Assembly (NCBI GenBank): GCA_965219095.1
Contig: CBDCMT010000001.1
Location: 2,048,001 to 2,112,000, forward strand
DNA from: Bdellovibrionales bacterium
Lineage (GTDB): Bacteria; Bdellovibrionota; Bdellovibrionia; Bdellovibrionales; UBA1609
Direction: 5' to 3'
Length of the DNA stretch: 64,000 nt
A model generated the notes under the pieces. That model had not been told where the DNA came from, did not search any database, and saw only the letters and a list, made by a program, of their open reading frames with translations. This document shows, piece by piece, positions 31,041 through 42,574 of the stretch. Within the stretch, counting starts at the first letter, position 1, and each line of letters begins with the position of its first letter. Both the position numbers and the translations under genes were made by a program.

Positions 31041-31278
31041 TAGATATTGATAGCACGGGAGGTTTTTGAAATTAAGTCTATTGATCTCATTGAAAAGTCT
31101 GTTTTCGATTCAAGCACAGAAAGAATAACCTTCATAATAGCAATTCCATTTAAAGGGCAGTGCCGATTGATTTAACACGATAACCTTAGCTCTTAAGAAA
31201 AAAGAAGCAAGTATCATAAATTTGAGACAAATTGAGAGTCTGTAAAAAAGTTTACAGGCTCATTTACTGGTCAAAACA

Positions 31279-32433
31279 CTAGAGAGCAGTTTTTAAGTCT
31301 TCTATAAGATCTTTTTTTGACTCAAGGCCTATACTTAAACGAATCAACTGGTCTGTGATTCCTAATTTTTTTCTATTTTCAGGAGGAAGGCTTGCATGGG
31401 TCATAAGGGCCGGGTGACAAGCTAAAGATTCTACTCCCCCAAGACTTTCAGCTAAGGAGAAGATTTTTAAATTTTCTAAGAAGGCTCTTACTTTTTTCAG
31501 ATTCCCCTTAAGGAAAAAAGTAATAATTCCCCCTGAACCTGTTGTTTGTCTTTGTGAGAGTTCGTACTGAGGATGAGAAGGAAGTCCTGGGTACAAGACT
31601 CTTTCTACTTGAGGATGGGCCTCTAAGAACTTGGCGATTTCGAGAGCATTTTCTTGATGTCGCTCCATACGTAAAGCAAGTGTCTTCAAACTTCTTAAAA
31701 CTAAGTAAGAATCAAAGGGAGAGGCAATAGCTCCTACAGTTTTTATAATATGAGCCATTCTTTCTTTTATCTTTAAGTCTTTGACGATAACAATTCCTCC
31801 TACAACATCACTATGTCCATTAAGATATTTTGTAGCTGAGTGAATTACAAAATCTGCTCCTAAAGAGAGGGGCTTTTGAAAGTAAGGACTGAGGAAAGTG
31901 TTATCAACAGCAACTAAAATGTTATTTTCATGAGCTATTTTACATAGAGTTTGAATGTCGGCAACTTTAAGTGTAGGATTTGTAGGAGTTTCAAGCCAAA
32001 CAAGTTTTGTTTTGTTCTTTTGAATGACCTTTTCAAAATGAGAGACTCGGCTAAGATCGACAAAGCTAAATTCAAAACCATGACGTTTAAAAACTGTATC
32101 AAAAAGACGAAAAGTTCCTCCGTACATATCATCAAAAGCAATAACATGAGAGCCAGAGTCAAAAAGTTGTAAAACACTTGAAGTAGCAGCACAACCTGAA
32201 CTGAAAGCAAACCCTGCTTTCCCTCCTTCTAACTCCGCCATACAAGTTTCATAATAATCTCTTGAAGGATTTGCAGCTCTTGAGTAATCATATTTTATAG
32301 ATTTACCTGGAGACTTTTGAGTGAAAGTTGTGGAGAGGAAGAGAGGAGGCATAAGTGATCCTGTAGAAGGATCTTTTGTATACCCAAAATGAATGGCTGT
32401 TGTTTCAAAACCTTTTTTTGTTTGATTTGACAT
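31279..32433 (-). CDS. Cystathionine gamma-lyase/gamma-synthase (PLP)
   Basis: YSRAANP, WLETPTNP, HSATKYLNGHSDV, LAESLGGVESL. Confidence 0.93.
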   Translation of the reverse strand: MSNQTKKGFETTAIHFGYTKDPSTGSLMPPLFLSTTFTQKSPGKSIKYDYSRAANPSRDYYETCMAELEGGKAGFAFSSGCAATSSVLQLFDSGSHVIAFDDMYGGTFRLFDTVFKRHGFEFSFVDLSRVSHFEKVIQKNKTKLVWLETPTNPTLKVADIQTLCKIAHENNILVAVDNTFLSPYFQKPLSLGADFVIHSATKYLNGHSDVVGGIVIVKDLKIKERMAHIIKTVGAIASPFDSYLVLRSLKTLALRMERHQENALEIAKFLEAHPQVERVLYPGLPSHPQYELSQRQTTGSGGIITFFLKGNLKKVRAFLENLKIFSLAESLGGVESLACHPALMTHASLPPENRKKLGITDQLIRLSIGLESKKDLIEDLKTAL

Positions 32434-32442
32434 TATACCTCC

Positions 32443-33417
32443 TTATAAAAACTTTTGTTCTTTCATCCATTGGTCATTAAAAGCTTTTCCTAAATATTGT
32501 CGACCACTATCAGGCATCATAACAAGAATTTTAGAGGCTTGAGTCAGCTTTTTAGAATACTCGATGGCTGAGTATAAAGTATGTCCTGAGGAAAGGCCTA
32601 CAAGAAGACCTTCTTTTTTAAGAATATCTCTACACATAAGAAGAGCCTCTTTGTCTCCTACTTGAATGCAGTCGTCAATGACTTGAAAATTTAGATTTTC
32701 AGGGATTAGGTCTTCTCCAATTCCTTCGACTTGATAGGGTTGAGGTTCCGTTTTTGTTTGTCCATAATGAAAATTGTCGTAAAGAATGCTTCCTATAGGA
32801 TCGTTCAAAATGATCTTTATTTCAGGTTTTTTTTGTTTTAAATACTCTCCTACTCCAGAGATAGTGCCTCCTGTTCCAGCACCTGATACGAAGACATCAA
32901 GATCTCCTTTCAACTGTTCCCAGATTTCGGGCCCTGTTATATCTTTATGAACTTGTCTGTTATCTAAATTATGGTACTGGTTAGTAAGAAAAGCACCTTT
33001 GGTGTTTTCAGCAATTTTTTGTGCTTGAGAATAATGGCTATCAGGATGATCAGGCTCTAAGCCATCAGGGGTGATCACAACATGAGCTCCATAAGCTTTA
33101 AGAACATCTTGTTTTTCTTGGCTTATTTTTTCCGGCATAACAAAAGTACAAGAATAACCTTTTAAATTAGCAATCATAGCAAGACCAATGCCTGTATTGC
33201 CCGAAGTGGCTTCTACAATCAATCCCCCTGATTGAAGGAGCCCTTTTTTTTCGGCTCTTTCAATCAAAGCACATGCTATGCGATCCTTGACACTGCCTCC
33301 AGGGTTAAACATCTCTAACTTGGCAAAAAAAGTGTGAGAGCTATTATGAGGCACACAGCGTTTAAGCTCTAAAATAGGTGTTTTTCCTATTAAGTCTAAT
33401 AAATTTTTATAAACCAT
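32443..33417 (-). CDS. Cystathionine beta-synthase / cysteine synthase family (PLP)
   Basis: KLEMFNPGGSVKDR, EATSGNTG, GAGTGGT, VEGIGED. Confidence 0.93.
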   Translation of the reverse strand: MVYKNLLDLIGKTPILELKRCVPHNSSHTFFAKLEMFNPGGSVKDRIACALIERAEKKGLLQSGGLIVEATSGNTGIGLAMIANLKGYSCTFVMPEKISQEKQDVLKAYGAHVVITPDGLEPDHPDSHYSQAQKIAENTKGAFLTNQYHNLDNRQVHKDITGPEIWEQLKGDLDVFVSGAGTGGTISGVGEYLKQKKPEIKIILNDPIGSILYDNFHYGQTKTEPQPYQVEGIGEDLIPENLNFQVIDDCIQVGDKEALLMCRDILKKEGLLVGLSSGHTLYSAIEYSKKLTQASKILVMMPDSGRQYLGKAFNDQWMKEQKFL

Positions 33418-33432
33418 TTTTTTCTCCTCTCC

Positions 33433-34188
33433 TTAATTGATGAGGTTTTTTATTATAAGAAAGCCTGCCAATATAAAAAGGTAGACACTAAATATGTGAA
33501 GCTTTCCTTTTTCTATAAATCTTACTAAAAACTTCAAAGCAATCAAGCCCACAATATAAGAACTAAGAAAAGTTACAAGAAGAGGCCATGAAAGAAAAAC
33601 TTTGGAGCTAAGTTGTATGGACTGGAGGAGGACAGCTCCTAGGAGGGCTGGTAAAGCAATCATAAAACTAAAAAAAGAAGCCTCTTTTCGAGATAAACCA
33701 AGAAAAAGGCCTGTGCAAATTGTCAATCCTGATCGGCTAAGGCCTGGAATCACAGCGATCCCCTGAACTAAACCTATACTAAGAGTGTGCATAAAAGTTA
33801 GGTTTTTTTTTTCTAAATAAGACTTACGACTGGTTAAAAGGATTAAAGCTGTAACGAAAAAGCTAAGAGCTAAAAAGTAAGAGGCTTTTTGATAAAAAAA
33901 GGCCTCTAAGTAGGATTGAAAAGGTAAGACGAATAAAGCAGTCATAACATTAGATAAGAAAACAAAGCCCCAGAAAGAAAAATCCTTAAGGCTTTTTTTT
34001 ATATCCTCGTAATAAAAAGTCAAGATACTCAAAAAAGTTCCTCCATGAGCGACTACGTCGAGTAAAATGTTTTCTTTTTCTGAGGAAAAAAAATTCTGTA
34101 AAAGAAGCAAATGACCTGAACTAGAAACAGGGAGAAACTCAGTCAGTCCTTGTAGAACTCCTAACAGTAAGCTTTCTATTAACGACAT
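33433..34188 (-). CDS. uppP: Undecaprenyl-diphosphate phosphatase
   Basis: QGLTEFLPVSSSGH and PGLSRSG motifs. Confidence 0.95.
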   Translation of the reverse strand: MSLIESLLLGVLQGLTEFLPVSSSGHLLLLQNFFSSEKENILLDVVAHGGTFLSILTFYYEDIKKSLKDFSFWGFVFLSNVMTALFVLPFQSYLEAFFYQKASYFLALSFFVTALILLTSRKSYLEKKNLTFMHTLSIGLVQGIAVIPGLSRSGLTICTGLFLGLSRKEASFFSFMIALPALLGAVLLQSIQLSSKVFLSWPLLVTFLSSYIVGLIALKFLVRFIEKGKLHIFSVYLFILAGFLIIKNLIN

Positions 34189-34317
34189 GCTGTTAGCTTA
34201 TCAGCCATACTTCTTAAAATCTATATTTTACTTTTATATTTAAAATTCTCCTCTTTGAAGACCTGATAAGAAGCTTTCTATACTTTTTTTAAACACCTTT
34301 TCAAAATAAGTTTTTTT

Positions 34318-35732
34318 GGCTTCTCCCGGGAATCTATGGATAAAAAGTAGTAGAAATCCCCCAAAAGAACTCAAAAACATTCTTTTATTTGCTGTATTAC
34401 ATTAAAATTTTAAAAAAGAAGCACCTACTTCCCAGATGCCTTAAAATGTTATTCAAAAAAAAAAAAAGGAGGGAAGAGATGCTTTTGAAGACTATACTAA
34501 ATGATTGTTTAAGATGGAAGTCTTTTGTATACGGAGACATTTATTTTTCAAAAGATAGAAAGTCAATTAATGTTCCTATTAAGGCTCGTAAAAATGGCCA
34601 AGCTTTTTGTAGTGTTTGTAAGAAGCCCTGTTCAGTGTATGACAGCAGTAAATCATCACGGGACTTTGAATCCCTTCCTATTTTAAGTTACAGGGTGTTT
34701 TTTGTTTATTTTGTAAGAAGAGTTAATTGTTCTTGCTGTGGAGTAAAAGTTGAGTATTTACCTTGGGCAGATGGGAAGAAAAACCTAACAATTTTTTACA
34801 TGAAGTATTTAGCAGACTGGTGTCGTCACCTGTCTTGGAAAGAGGTTTCTTGTAAGTTTCATGTCAGTTGGAATCAGGTCTATGCTTCGGTAGAATGGGT
34901 CGTAGAATATGGTTTAAAACAAAGGGTTTTAAAGGGAATACAAGCTATAGGTGTAGATGAAATACAATGGAAAAAGAACCATCAGTATCTCACCTTAGTC
35001 TATGAAATAAGCAAAGAAAGTGTTTGTTTGCTATGGATAGGAGAAAAAAGAACAGAAAAGAGTTTTAGAAAATTCTTTGATTTACTAGGAGAGAAGTCAA
35101 AAGAGATACGGTTTGTGTGCTCTGACATGTGGAAGCCTTATTTAAAAGTCATAAAGGAGAGGGCAAGTCAAGCTTTGAATATATTAGATCGGTTTCATAT
35201 CGTAGCAAGACTCAATAAGGCTTTAGACGAAGTGAGAGCTTCAGAACACAAAAAAATGAAAGAAGATGGGTATGAACCCCTTTTAACAAAAGCTAGATGG
35301 CCCTTGTTAAAAAATGCAGAAAATTTAAAATCTTATGAAAAAGTAAAATTAAGGCATTTAATACAGTACAATTTAAAAAGTATCCGCTGTTATTTTTTAA
35401 AAGAAGACTTCCGACAGTTATGGACCTATGTTTCACCAACTTGGGCTGGTAAATTTATAGACAGTTGGACGAGACGAGTCATGCTTTCAAAAATTGAACC
35501 TATGAAAAGAGAAGCAAAAACCATACGAAGACATAAGCTACTTATTCTTAATTACTTCAAGGCTAAAAAAGCCTTCTCCTCAGGGATTGTAGAGGGTTTA
35601 AACAACAAAGTAAAACTCACTATGAGAAAATCTTACGGCTTTAGAACCTCTAAAGCTATAAAAATCGCCTTATATCATAACCTTGGAAAACTGCCAGAAC
35701 CTCCGGGAACCCACAGATTCTTTTGAGAAGGC
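34318..35732 (+). mobile_element. ISL3 element copy E (transposase 34479-35726) with about 95-bp deletion in the leader and mutated ends
   Basis: GGCTTCTCCCGGG...GAGAAGGC ends; leader jumps from cccccaaaa to gaactcaaaaacattc. Confidence 0.93.
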
Positions 35733-36019
35733 AAAAAATCTAAACTTAGTTAGATATTTTTCTTTAAGCTTCCTTCCTAATCAAGCCTCTTATATCTTCA
35801 GGGTTTTACAATGAAGTCATCTTAATGGGAGTCTTTTATAAAAATATTTCTTTCTATGTTTTTATGTGTTAAGACTTCTTTACTTGAAAAAAATTCAAAA
35901 TATGATTTTCTTCAAAAGAACTCTTATTTTTTTGAATAAAAAACTTAAATTTTCTTATTTATAAAAAATAACTTATTTTTGTTGATTTTCATGGACGAAT
36001 CTGTTATTACAATGTACTT

Positions 36020-36322
36020 ATGAAAAACATAGTAAGAAAGATACGTATTTTATCACTTCAAAAGAAAATATCTCAGAGGAATTTGGCACAACAAATAGGA
36101 GTTTCTCCAAGTACTTTAAGCCGATACTTTTCAGAGCAAACTGATATACCATCCTGTGCTTTTATTAAACTATTAAAAATCTTAGGCTTTAATCTTAATG
36201 AGGTATTCCAACCTTTTGAAGATCCTCAGCCTATATTTTTTGAAAGTGAATTTGAAAGAAGTCAATACTTAAAATTATGTGATTGGTTTCAAAAGTCAGT
36301 ATGCAAAAACTATGAATTTTAA
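36020..36322 (+). CDS. XRE-family helix-turn-helix regulator
   Basis: ISQRNLAQQIGVSPSTLSRYFSEQ HTH pattern. Confidence 0.85.
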   Translation: MKNIVRKIRILSLQKKISQRNLAQQIGVSPSTLSRYFSEQTDIPSCAFIKLLKILGFNLNEVFQPFEDPQPIFFESEFERSQYLKLCDWFQKSVCKNYEF

Positions 36323-36332
36323 GGAGGATGGT

Positions 36333-36869
36333 ATGGATAAAGAATTGCTTAATGATAAATCTTTGCAGAAAGTAGAGACAAAGCATGGAAATGTGATTTT
36401 ATCTAAAAAAATGAGAATGGAGTTTTTAGCTGATTGGAAGCAACGTTCAATTTTAGTCCTCCTAGAAGACGAATGTTTTCAGAAAGACGTAAGAAAGATT
36501 TCTGCATGTTTAGAAATTACAACAGACGAAGTATTCCAAGCTATAGAAAGTCTTAAGGAAAAAGGTTTTGTGACTGAAACAAAGCAAGGTTTTTTTCAAC
36601 AGAATTTGAAGGCCATTAAGATATCCGTTAAAGATTTCACTCCAGAAGAAAAAGTAAAAGCCCATGCTATGTTGTGTGCAGATTTTTTTCCTAGAATCAA
36701 AGTTACATCTAATATAAAGTTTAACTCATCCTTTGTGTTTTGTAATAGAAATACATTAAAGAGATTTCAGAAGCAGTTAGATAAAGTTTGTGATAGCTTT
36801 TTAAAGGAGATTGAGAAGGATCAAAATTGCGATACTCTTGTAGGATTTCAGTACATTTTTCTTGTCTAG
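36333..36869 (+). CDS. wHTH protein resembling DUF4423/TIGR02147 family
   Basis: RBS aggagg; ADWKQRSILVLLE...ISACLEIT..EVFQAIESLKEKG and a terminal F..Q.IF pattern; recognised by eye. Confidence 0.55.
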   Translation: MDKELLNDKSLQKVETKHGNVILSKKMRMEFLADWKQRSILVLLEDECFQKDVRKISACLEITTDEVFQAIESLKEKGFVTETKQGFFQQNLKAIKISVKDFTPEEKVKAHAMLCADFFPRIKVTSNIKFNSSFVFCNRNTLKRFQKQLDKVCDSFLKEIEKDQNCDTLVGFQYIFLV

Positions 36870-36919
36870 GTCGTATAATACTGATCGTGTTTCAAAAATC
36901 CCTTTTTCATAGACATACT

Positions 36920-37439
36920 GTAACTCGGTTATTTGACCGCTCTATCTGAGCTTAAATTTCTCTTATAAGTTTTTCTTAAGAGGGAGGATTTTATGGAAGA
37001 AGGGATTAATTTAAAAAAGAAGATACAGCTTTGTCGAGAGGAGAATTCCAACAAGAAGCTTATACGCTACCCAGAAGCTCTTAAGAGAGAGGTTCTAGAT
37101 TTTTTGAAAGAAGAGAAGATTTCTAAATTTTGTAAAGAGACAAAGGTCACCTCCTCCACGATCAATAACTGGAAGAAGTCTTATGTTTCAACAGTATCCC
37201 CTAAGAAGTCTCTTTTTAAGGCTGTTTCTTTGAAAAAGGAAAGCTTATGTGAGGATAAGAAGCTCTTAGTCTTAAAGGGTCTAGATTGGGAAGAGATTTT
37301 AGAATTAGTGAGGAATTTATGATCTTTTTTTTTTCTGAAGGCTATCATATTTTTGTCTGCTCTCGAAAGATAGATATGCGATGGAGTTTTGAAAGGTTAA
37401 GTTATTTGGTGAGAAGTGAGATGAAAGGTGAGATCAACT
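36920..37439 (+). mobile_element. IS66 5' part: left end, tnpA (36993-37322), truncated tnpB (from 37319)
   Basis: GTAACTCGGTT end; RYPEALKREV HTH; IDMRWSFERL TnpB-like motif. Confidence 0.8.
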
Positions 37440-39129
37440 GTAACTCGGTTTCTTAACAGCCCTTGACTTCTGCAGGGAGGATATTTCTTAGATTTTAAGG
37501 CTCCTCCCGGGAACCCACAGATTCCCGGGAGGAGCCCTTTTGGCTCCTCCCGGGAATCTGTGGGTGAAAAGTAGTAGAAATCCCCCAAAAAGGCTCATAT
37601 TAATCAAAGTAAGAGTAAGACATCCTATCTTGTATTTTTGAGTTCTTTGAGGCCCTTACTGGCCTCTATCGCCTTTGGCGATTGAACTCAAAAACATTCA
37701 TTTTATTTGCTTTTATTTGCTGTGTTACATTAAAATTTTAAAAAAGAAGCACCTACTTCCCAGATGCCTTAAAATGTTATTCAAAAAAAAAAAAAGGAGG
37801 GAAGAGATGCTTTTGAAGACTATACTAAATGATTGTTTAAGATGGAAGTCTTTTGTGTACGAAGACATTTATTTTTCAAAAGATAGAAAGTCAATTAATG
37901 TTCCTATTAAGGCTCGTAAAAATGGCCAAGCTTTTTGTAGTGTTTGTAAGAAGCCCTGTTCAGTGTATGACAGCAGTAAATCATCACGGGACTTTGAATC
38001 CCTTCCTATTTTAAGTTACAGGGTGTTCTTTGTTTATGCTGTAAGAAGAGTCAATTGTCCTTGCTGTGGGGTAAAAGTTGAACATTTACCTTGGGCCGAT
38101 GGTAAGAAGAGTTTAACGATCTTTTACATGAAGTACTTAGCAGACTGGTGTCGTCACCTGTCTTGGAAAGAGGTTTCTTGTAAGTTTCATGTCAGTTGGA
38201 ATCAGGTCTATGCTTCGGTAGAATGGGTCGTAGAATATGGTTTAAAACAAAGGGTTTTAAAGGGAATACAAGCTATAGGTGTAGATGAAATACAATGGAA
38301 AAAGAACCATCAGTATCTCACCTTAGTCTATGAAATAAGCAAAACCCGTGTACGCTTGTTGTGGATAGGAGAGAAAAGAACAGAAAAGAGTTTTAGAAAA
38401 TTCTTTGATTTACTAGGAGAGAAGTCAAAAGATATACGGTTTGTGTGTTCTGATATGTGGAAGCCTTATTTAAAAGTCATAAAGGAGAGGGCAAGTGGAG
38501 CTTTACACATATTAGATCGGTTTCATATCGTAGCAAGACTCAATAAGGCTTTAGACGAAGTGAGAGCTTCAGAACACAAAAAAATGAAAGAAGACGGGTA
38601 TGAACCCCTTTTAACAAAAGCTAGATGGCCCTTGTTAAAAAATGCAGAAAATTTAAAATCTTATGAAAAAGTAAAATTAAGGCATTTAATACAGTACAAT
38701 TTAAAAAGTATCCGCTGTTATTTTTTAAAAGAAGACTTCCGACAGTTATGGACCTATGTTCCACCAACTTGGGCTGGTAAATTTATAGACAGTTGGACGA
38801 GACGAGTCATGCTTTCAAAAATTGAACCTATGAAAAGAAAAGCAAAAACCATACGAAGACATAAGCTACTTATTCTTAATTACTTCAAGGCTAAAAAAAC
38901 CTTCTCCTCAGGGATTGTAGAGGGTTTAAACAACAAAGTAAAACTCACTATGAGAAAATCTTACGGCTTTAGAACCTCTAAAGCTATAAAAATCGCCTTA
39001 TATCATAACCTTGGAAAACTGCCAGAACCTCCGGGAACCCACAGATTCTTTCGAGGATGCGATTTTAAAGGGTTTTTTTGAAAGAAGTGTAGTCAGTATA
39101 AGTTAGGAGCGGTTTAAAAACCGAGTTAG
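37440..39129. mobile_element. IS66-derived MITE (about 120 bp) carrying the ISL3 F insertion
   Basis: Ends gtaactcggttt / aaaccgagtta; sequence continuous across TSD GATTTTAA. Confidence 0.7.
37499..39060 (+). mobile_element. ISL3 copy F (37542-39060; transposase 37807-39081) preceded by a 38-bp mini-element and 5-bp spacer
   Basis: TSD GATTTTAA at 37491-37498 and 39061-39068 brackets mini-element plus IS. Confidence 0.93.
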
Positions 39130-39216
39130 TAGAATAGGATGAAAATGAAAAAATTGAGGTGGTATGTAACAATTTTTGTCATTTTGAGACTTAGCTCTAA
39201 ATGATAGCAGTTAGGT

Positions 39217-39233
39217 TTGGCACGGCTTTTGCT
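39217..39233 (+). promoter_or_regulatory. Consensus sigma-54 -24/-12 promoter
   Basis: TTGGCACGGCTTTTGCT. Confidence 0.85.
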
Positions 39234-39366
39234 ATGTTACTTAACATAGGTTAAAAGTCCTTACCTACTAATATGAAGGAGAAAAGAAAACAGGACTTAG
39301 AAAACAGAAAATGCAAAGATATCTATTTAAATAGATATCTCTCAAATCGAAAGGAGAAAAAATCAA

Positions 39367-39549
39367 ATGAAATATTTAGTTTTATTAACCCCTATTTTGT
39401 GCTTAAGCACAGCCACTCTATCAGTCAATGCAGATTCTACTATAGAACTTGTAGAAAACAACCCATTCCATTATACACAAGGAGAATGTGCGGAAGGGTT
39501 TGAGGCCACGAAAGCTATTACTGATAACTTCTCTATCTTAGGAAACTGA
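39367..39549 (+). pseudogene. Secreted protein gene truncated by an IS630 right-end remnant (about 39520-39569)
   Basis: RBS aaggag; signal peptide MKYLVLLTPILCLSTATLSVNA; tail TDNFSILGN is IS630 transposase sequence. Confidence 0.75.
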
Positions 39550-39570
39550 AAACCTAAACGGAAGCACTAT

Positions 39571-41005
39571 ATGACCGCCCTTGACTTCTACTGAGGAGTA
39601 ATCAATAGCCTTTTTTAACCCACTCTCAGGACGAGCTTCTCCATAAAGTTTATAATACAGATCTTGCAGAGAAAGAACTAAATCCTTTGATTCTGTTTGT
39701 CTTAAATTTTTGAGTTCTTCATAAGTTTTTGCCTTTGATTCAACTTTAAAAATCCCCCCATAAGCTTTAATACTTTTCCACACTCCTCAGGGTAATTCTG
39801 TTCTATGTCAATAAACTTTCTTCTCGCATGAGACCAACAAAAAGCAAGATCAATTCCCTTTTCATCCTTAAAGTGTGTTTTATAACTAAACGTATCCATC
39901 TGTTAAAATAGGCCCCTTATAAGAGCCTAAGAGTTTTTTAACAGAACAGGCTGAACGGCTCTCACTAAAGTAATAAAAACTTCCTCCCTGATGACTTATA
40001 ACAAACATGTAGCCATCCTTTTACTGTGAATTATTAGGGCGTGTCCTCATTTGCCTATACCTTTTTCAAGACCTTAGGCGTGTTGAATATTTATAAAGAT
40101 TGTAAAAAGCTCATAACAAAGGGAGGTATTATGTTAAGAAAAGTTTTAACAGATTCTATGTGGAAGGATCTGGAAGCTATTAGTAAGAGAGAAAGGCTGT
40201 TATCATTCAGCAAACAATAGAAATGTTATGGAAGCAATTTTATGGAAATTACGCACAGGCAGTCCGTGGCGTGATATTCCTGAACAGTTCTGTCCTTGGA
40301 AGAGAGCATATAATCGCTTTAATAGGTGGGCACAAAAAAGGTTATGGAATGATTTTTTTTTACTTTACAAGAAGAAGTTGATACAGAGTGGGTGTCCATC
40401 GACGGAAGTTACGTATCGGTTCATCAGCATGCTAGTGGAGCTCGGCGTGGAGAAAGTCGTGCTGTGGGAAAATCTAGAGGTGGATCCACAACAAAAATAC
40501 ACATGGCCTCCGATGCGCATAGAAATCCACTCTGTTTTAAAATCACTGGGGGTGAAGTACACGACAGTCAAGTTGCAGGTGATTTAATTGATGAGTTTCG
40601 TAGTGAGTATTTGATTGCTGACAAGGCCTATGACTCGGATGAGATACGAGATAAGGCTCGTAGTAAGAAGATAAAGCCTGTGATACCGAGACGAAAAAAT
40701 AGCAAAAAGAAAAATAAAGATTTTGATCGTCATATCTATAAATCTCGACATCAGATAGAAAACCTTTTTGCTCGTCTTAAGCATTTTAGAGGTATTGCCA
40801 CTCGATTTGAAAAGCTTGCTAGAAATTTCAAAGCTATGCTATCTATAGCATGTATGTTTATTTGGCTTAAACTTCAAAGTAAAGGTCCAGTCAAATGAGG
40901 ACACGCCCTAATAGGCCATGGAGTTTCATCAATATGAATCGTTATGCCTAGTTTAAGAAGTTCCTCTTTGATCTTTTCTCTCACAGGCTCTAAATAAGTA
41001 ACTGT
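39571..41005 (-). pseudogene. IS66 TnpC remnant, interrupted by IS5
   Basis: HIDETPW (40910-40945), CWSHARRKF, KKAIDY fragments with frameshifts. Confidence 0.8.
40037..40908 (+). mobile_element. IS5-family element (two-ORF type) with an extra frameshift near the start
   Basis: TIRs GGGCGTGTCCTCATTTG / CAAATGAGGACACGCCC, TA flanks; LRTGSPWRD, GGSTTKIH, ADKAYD, RGIATRFEK. Confidence 0.92.
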
Positions 41006-41103
41006 TCAGAAAAATTCTAGTAAATTGTTGAAATTTCACTAAAAGCTCCTATGCCTATAATGTTATATGATATTTTTCGTTTAGATTTTCAGATTTTTTG
41101 AGT

Positions 41104-42513
41104 TATACCAATTACAGAAATTAATTCGACATTTTTATGTTCAAATTTAAAATTTTAAAATTGACTTAAGGAAAAGTTTCAATTAGGAGGCTTTAAAAAA
41201 GTTTTTTTTGAAGGGAGGTTGAGTTTTCATAAGATATGTTTATTTTATGTATATCTATTGTTGTGTGAATCGATTGATGGGTTAAAATAAGTGTAAAAAA
41301 GTGAGGTTAAGATGTAAAATGAAAAAAATCAGTTACGCAATTTAATTTATAGGTTCAAATTAATTTACAAGCTTGATTCATCTTGTTGTTTTGCCCAAGA
41401 TCGAGTGCATAATTTTTTAATCCTGCCCTCCTGATCGCAAAAAGTATTCCAGGCCTCACAACAAGTATTCAGTATATGGTCATAGTTTTTAAAACATGCA
41501 TTCGATAATTTGATCCTTCGTAATTGTTGCCAGACTTGTTCCATGGGATTTAATTCTGGACTATAAGGAGGTAAAGGCATCAGGGATAAATTCTTAGGAA
41601 CTATCAAAGTCTCTGTGGTATGCCAACTGGCTCTGTCCATTAAAACAATTCCATGATAGTTTTCTTGAATATTTTTAGATATCTCATCTAAGTGAATTTG
41701 CATCATCCCTGAATTACATTCCGGTAAAACCCAAGCACAGCCTTTATCTTTATCCGGACAAACTGCTCCAAAAATATAAGTGGATAAAAATTGTCTTTGT
41801 CTCACAACTCTAGGTCGTGTGCCTTTTCTTGCCCAAATCCTGCTTAAAGAACCTTGCTGGCCTATTCTGCATTCATCCTGCCACCAAATCTCTATTTTAT
41901 GAGTCTGAATCTTTTCCTTTATTTTCTCCACCTCTTCTGGAAAATGTTCCTTAAACTGTTCCATAGCTTCTTGTGAAGTTTTAGGATGAAGAGAACGACC
42001 ACTGATCCATACAATATTAAGACGGTCTAAAAGAGCATAAACCCCAGAAAGAGAATAGCAACAGTCAAATTCATTTGCTAAAAGTTCCTGTATTCCCTTT
42101 GCTCCTATGCTTCCTCCTTCTCTTGTGTCTTGAATTTCATCTAACTTGATTTTGAAGTTCTCTTCTTCTGTCACTGGCAAACGGGGTTTACGTCCTCTGC
42201 CTTTTCGATCTATCAACCCCTCGTAATCAAAGTCTACAAAAGACTGTAACCAGGATTTGATACTGTGACGGTGATAGAAAACTATACTTGCTGTTTCTTG
42301 AATCGATTTTCCTTCTTGCATATGCTGCAAAGCTTGGAGTTTTATCTTGATGTTGGCACTTCTTTCTACTTTGTAAGTAGCTAGAAAATCATACCCTTGA
42401 ATTTGTGTAACTAAATCTTTTTTCGACACTCTAAAAATTTAACAGAGTTTGATCAAAAAGCCAGGACGCTATGCGTTAAAAGAATGTCGAATTAATTTTT
42501 GGAAATGGTATTA
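41104..42513 (-). mobile_element. IS630 lineage 2 element with intact single-ORF transposase (42429-41365)
   Basis: TIRs TATACCA.TT.CA.AAATTAATTCGACATT; WQDECRIGQ, MDRASWH, LPPYSPELNPMEQVW. Confidence 0.93.
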
Positions 42514-42574
42514 GGGTCTAGTTTTTATTCAAAAGTATTGATAAATCGTCATTTGTTTTAAAAAATAGTTTCAT

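Noticed and set aside
34389..34478. N-terminally extended ISL3 transposases (445 and 468 aa)
   Set aside because: The extensions depend on poly(A) length; the conserved RBS-ATG gives 415 aa plus any read-through
39273..39503. 76-aa ORF
   Set aside because: It overlaps the conserved leader and the better-supported signal-peptide ORF at 39367
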